Shown here: piece by piece, positions 60,046 through 64,000 of the stretch | Layout of the letters: each line of letters begins with the position of its first letter | Numbering within the stretch: the first letter of the stretch is position 1 | Assembly (NCBI GenBank): GCA_008632985.1 | Contig: QPGO01000062.1 | Coordinates: 248,001 to 312,000, forward strand | Origin: Psammoneis japonica | Taxonomy: Eukaryota | Direction of reading: 5' to 3' | DNA: 64,000 nt | Notes under the pieces: generated by a model | The model's database searches: none | Seen by the model: the letters and a program-made list of their open reading frames with translations, nothing else | What the model was told of the DNA's origin: nothing | Translations under genes and position numbers: made by a program

Positions 60046-62412
60046 TTAGATCTCAGCACTACGATGCATACTTTGAACAGCAGAGTATTCGAGTTCGATT
60101 TCGTCTCTTGAAGTGGTCGCCTCCTCGGCCTGATCATCTTCACGTGCATCTTCCATCTCTTCCATTCGTCGCTTAGTGCCTTCTGGGGATACGTCAAAAT
60201 CAACCAATTTGAGCAAGGGCGGTCGAATTGTGGCCTTGGCAACTCGGATATCAATATCCCCGCTTCGCCAATTTTCGCGTAATTGTTTCATTGTATTCCG
60301 GGCCAAGACCTTTGTGTAGGTAGTAGGAAGGGCAGATTCCAGTTTAGCAGATCCTTTGAGGCCTTCCTTCAATTCTCTTTCGGCATCTTCTACCAACTCT
60401 GTGGCAATTTTAGATGCCAAGATTGAGCTCTCTAGTTTCCCATCCAAGCAGGCTGCCAAAGCTGTGTTGTATGTCTGGATATTGGGCTTCACCAGTCTCG
60501 ACCTCATTCTCGTCAACCATTGGTAAGCAAAGGCAGGGTCCTTTGGTTCACTGGCAGCACATGCACCGATCGCGGTTGTGTACGAAACCACAGTGGGCTC
60601 GATTTTCTCATTGAGCATACCGATAATGAGACCTTCGCATCCACGAGTGTTGCCCAACTTGGCCAGTCGTTTCATTGCAATGTTCAGTGTGATAATGTTG
60701 CCCTCTGTATCGTGAGTCTTTTTCATGGCCTCAAGGACGACAAGAGTAAGTTCCTCCTCACCACAGATTTCGCATGCATTCACTACCGTGTTGAACACGT
60801 TGAGTGGCGGCTTCTCGGTTTCTCCGCGATTGGCAAGCTTCACCTGTTGTAGACGAAGGGGAAAAAGAAAGCAAGTACTTCAGTAAGCATCGTAGTTTCG
60901 ATTTTGTCAAAGAAAAAAAGCTAACCATATTGCGACTTACCCAATCAATTAGAAGAGCTGTAGCTTTTCTACTCTTTTCGGCTTTAGCGCAACAAGTGAC
61001 GACACTTCGCAAAACTGAAGGAGACGGCTTGAGAGAACGCGCGTACATGAGTTCGAGTAATTTGACAGGAAGCTTCCAGTTGCCATCTTGGATAGCCTTG
61101 TTAATGGCTCGCCTATGAATAAGGACAGAAGCGCGCTGTGCTGATGATGACGATGACGCCACAAGGTCATCTCCTTTATCTGGCGCACATCCCTCTGCCT
61201 TGGAGGCCGCTGTAAGCAACCGGAGACCCAAAGCAAGGTTGTCCAGCTTTTCAGCCACAATAACACCGGACGCGAGAACAGATCGTCCATCTTCAGTGGA
61301 AGCAATCGAGTCAAGCTCATATCCAGCTGCCTTTGCGAAAGCAAGGACAGATAGAGTCTTTTCTGCAATATCGTCATCGTCGCTCATCGCTGCCGCCTTG
61401 GCAACCTCGGCAAATGTTGCCAGGGGTGGAGTGAAGGAGTGGTCTGCGACCATTGACCTCAACAAGGCAAGGGCTTCTTCAATATCTCCGCAGGTTGTCA
61501 AGGCATGAACAACCTTGCTATAGCTCTCCTCGTTCAACAAGTTGAAACCATTGGGAGAGCTTTCGACGGCTGCAACCATGGCAAGAGCCGTGTCCACTCC
61601 ACCACATCCGTCGTGGGTAGCATTTGGACCAAGTCCTATGCAGTTCTGTACCGCTGCATTCGCCAAGTCGGCTGGAATCTCATATCCAGCTTCAGCCATT
61701 TCTTCCAAGATCTTCCTGGCGGGTTCTGCTGCTCTAGCTCCATGAAGACGGTGATCGACACAAGAACGCAAGGTTTCAACGTATGCATCTGCGGGAATGG
61801 GTCGTTCTGGTGTAGCATACACTCGCTTGAGTCTTTTGAGCTTGCGTGTTGCTGCCTTCCAATGACCCATGGAAGATTTTTCAAGAACTTGGCCGAGAAG
61901 ATCTTTGAAATCAAAGTCAGGATCCGACTCATCACAAAATTGGATATCTAGTTCGCATAGTTCCTCCTACCGAACGAAACAAACCGAAAATAGTGAGCAA
62001 ATCCTAAGACTGTTACACCAGTGAACATGCAGTAGCCAAAACTCACCGGTGTAAGATCTTTGCTTTCTGTAGCAGCATTTTCTTCTTGTTCTTCGGTGCT
62101 GCCCCCAAGAACCCATTGTCGCAGCTGACCACGCAAGTTCGCGGTATTTCCAGTCGCATGCAATCCACGAGATTTACAAGCCTGCTGCAATTCTCTAAAA
62201 GGAAGCTTGTCAATGGTCTCCATGTCCAAAACCGAACTAGCAGTCGAGGTTTCTTCGCTCGTTGGGGCGGCCAGCACGGCTAATTTCGACGATACATCAG
62301 ATATTCTGTTGTTCACAGAAAATGAGCTCTTGGACGATTGAGGAACAAAAGCCGATCCGCCTTTGATTTCTAGAACAACTGCCAAGACTAGCGCCGCCGT
62401 TGAGAGCCTCAT
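60046..62412 (-). CDS. Plastid-targeted SAP-domain plus PPR protein; introns 61967-62046 and 60844-60940
   Basis: Signal peptide plus GSA-FVP. SAP-like LPFRELQQACKSRGLHATGNTANLRGQL. PPR motifs VFNTVVNAC, PTVVSYTTAIGAC and PNIQTYNTALAAC. Both introns are phase 0 and keep frame. Confidence 0.85.
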
Positions 62413-62806
62413 GGTTCGACAATACTCTAGCTAATGGGTCCCTTTCCCAGCACTAGTATTCACAAACCAGTGTGGAGAAGAATTCAATCATCAAAGGCTC
62501 TCTGATCGGAGTTGATGAGTTGCAAAACGAACGTGTCCTTTGTGAGGTGTCGTCATTCGTCAGTGGCGGGCCGTAGAAAGGCTACGTGAATTTGTCGTAC
62601 TGAATCATTCCTTTGATTTGCGTGGCGGTTACCGAAAAGTACTGAACACGTCGTAAGCCTCACGTACAGGATCAAATGGTATCGTTTTCACGTGCCAAAG
62701 ATACGATGACGTCATGAGATTTGGATCCTGAGCTGAGGATTATTCCTGGATCCTGTTTTCTGTTTTCTGATGTTTGATTTGTCTGTTGAAAGCGGCTCTG
62801 TTGAAG

Positions 62807-64000
62807 ATGGCGACTGCGGCGGTGAAATTTTTTCTTTTCGAATTGTTGTGGTTTATTACGAGAGGGTGTGCAAACTCTATAAATGATAGGGATGCTGCTC
62901 CCCCGTGCTCCTTGAACGGCTTTGTCGATGGCAATGGCTCATGCAAATGTGACGCCCCCTGGACTGGCCCCCTTTGCGAGCGTCTAGAGTTTTTACCAGT
63001 CACCTTTCCACAAGGATATGGACAGTCACCAAACTTGACAACTTGGGGAGGCAATGCAATCTACTCGGAGAAAAAGTATCACTTGTTTGTGTCGGCCATG
63101 ACGAACGGATGTGGACTGGACCATTTTGGGAGGAATAGTCGGATCGATCATGCACTGGCTGACAAAATTACAGGGCCGTATGTGTTTCGAGACGTTGCAG
63201 TTCCAACATGGTCGCACAATTCCGCGCCTTTGAAACTGCGTGACGGAAGTTTTGCGATTTTTCATATCGGAGGAGGGAATGGTCCAGAAAATGGTGGTGT
63301 AAACTGCACCGCTGCTCCAGCAACGCTCGGTCTGCAGCAGAATCGATACCAGTCACCTACAAGGATTCTTGCACTTGAAAGGCAGGAATTGTCCGCAGCT
63401 GCATCATCCATTCATATTAGTAGATCCTTGAATGGACCATGGGTTCCACTTTTAGTCAATTCACTTGGAAAGTGTATCAACCCAGCTCCCTACATTCACC
63501 CGACGAATGCTTCTATCTTCATTGTATGCAATCATGTTGAATTGAAGCGATCAGATACTGGTATAGAGGGCCCGTGGTTAGATGTCACGACAATTGAGGT
63601 GCCTAAAGACGCAAGTTACGAAGATCCAAACTTGTGGATGGACTCCAAGTTACATTTTCATTTATTGTACCATGCCTACCGATACAATGAGAATCCGCCG
63701 CATGGACATGACTGCGTAAACTCCACCGTTTCGGCACATGGATACTCTTTAGATGGCATTTCGTGGCACTTTTCACCCGGTCAGCCATACACGACCCAAA
63801 TCGAAATGCAAAGCGGAGACACAATCACGGTCGCAACGCGAGAACGACCCTTTTTGTTTTTCAATGAGCAAGGCAAAATGACTCACTTGTTTACGGCGGT
63901 ATCTGGTGCGTCGTCTTGTCCTTATGGTCCGCCAAGTGGCTGCGTGAATTGCAAGTGGGCTTCATGGGATTATACTTTGGTTTCGCCGTTGAAGGTTGAG
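62807..64000 (+). CDS. Secreted EGF-like plus GH43-like five-bladed beta-propeller protein, 3'-partial (missing from the ORF track)
   Basis: My translation: MATAAVKFFLFELLWFITRGCA...CSLNG...CKCDAPWTGPLC...TWGG...YHLFVS...SHN...EDPNLW...RERP. Open to the window end. Confidence 0.75.
   Translation, partial: MATAAVKFFLFELLWFITRGCANSINDRDAAPPCSLNGFVDGNGSCKCDAPWTGPLCERLEFLPVTFPQGYGQSPNLTTWGGNAIYSEKKYHLFVSAMTNGCGLDHFGRNSRIDHALADKITGPYVFRDVAVPTWSHNSAPLKLRDGSFAIFHIGGGNGPENGGVNCTAAPATLGLQQNRYQSPTRILALERQELSAAASSIHISRSLNGPWVPLLVNSLGKCINPAPYIHPTNASIFIVCNHVELKRSDTGIEGPWLDVTTIEVPKDASYEDPNLWMDSKLHFHLLYHAYRYNENPPHGHDCVNSTVSAHGYSLDGISWHFSPGQPYTTQIEMQSGDTITVATRERPFLFFNEQGKMTHLFTAVSGASSCPYGPPSGCVNCKWASWDYTLVSPLKVE

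Overview
Eukaryotic nuclear DNA, very probably a diatom. The evidence is GT-AG introns, bipartite ASAFAP-type plastid presequences, a fucoxanthin-chlorophyll LHC gene and CoDi-like copia remnants. About 60% of the window is gene-dense with ordinary composition: WD40, Kazal-like secreted protein, NDPK, two sulfotransferases, ThrE-EF-hand, plastid Hsp90, Popeye/cNMP, FAD oxidoreductase, mitochondrial carrier, LarC, HA-repeat protein, S1 protease, amino-acid transporter, LHC, FAM210-like, SAP/PPR and a GH43-like protein. About 40% lies in four sharply bounded blocks (approx. 3.4-12.9, 19.1-20.0, 36.2-38.8 and 45.05-57.2 kb) of decayed transposons and other relics, where TpA is almost absent, CpG is reduced and TpG/CpA is in excess. 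Main finding: these blocks carry the footprint of a repeat-directed, both-strand TpA->TpG/CpA (A:T->G:C) hypermutation process. Conserved Tyr codons of the copia pol now read Cys or His (YVDD->CVDD). LTR pairs differ by CA<->TG swaps. A duplicated piece of an intact gene gives the direction. Surviving TpA sites are mostly YTAR. This resembles a RIP-like genome defence with the opposite base change to fungal RIP, and 5mC deamination does not explain it. Other observations are an unmutated MITE nested in the mutated RT, an introner-like intron with a 10-bp direct repeat, and recurrent palindromic TAG/CTA-rich intergenic tracts. All counts are by eye and all family calls come from motif recognition, not database searches.
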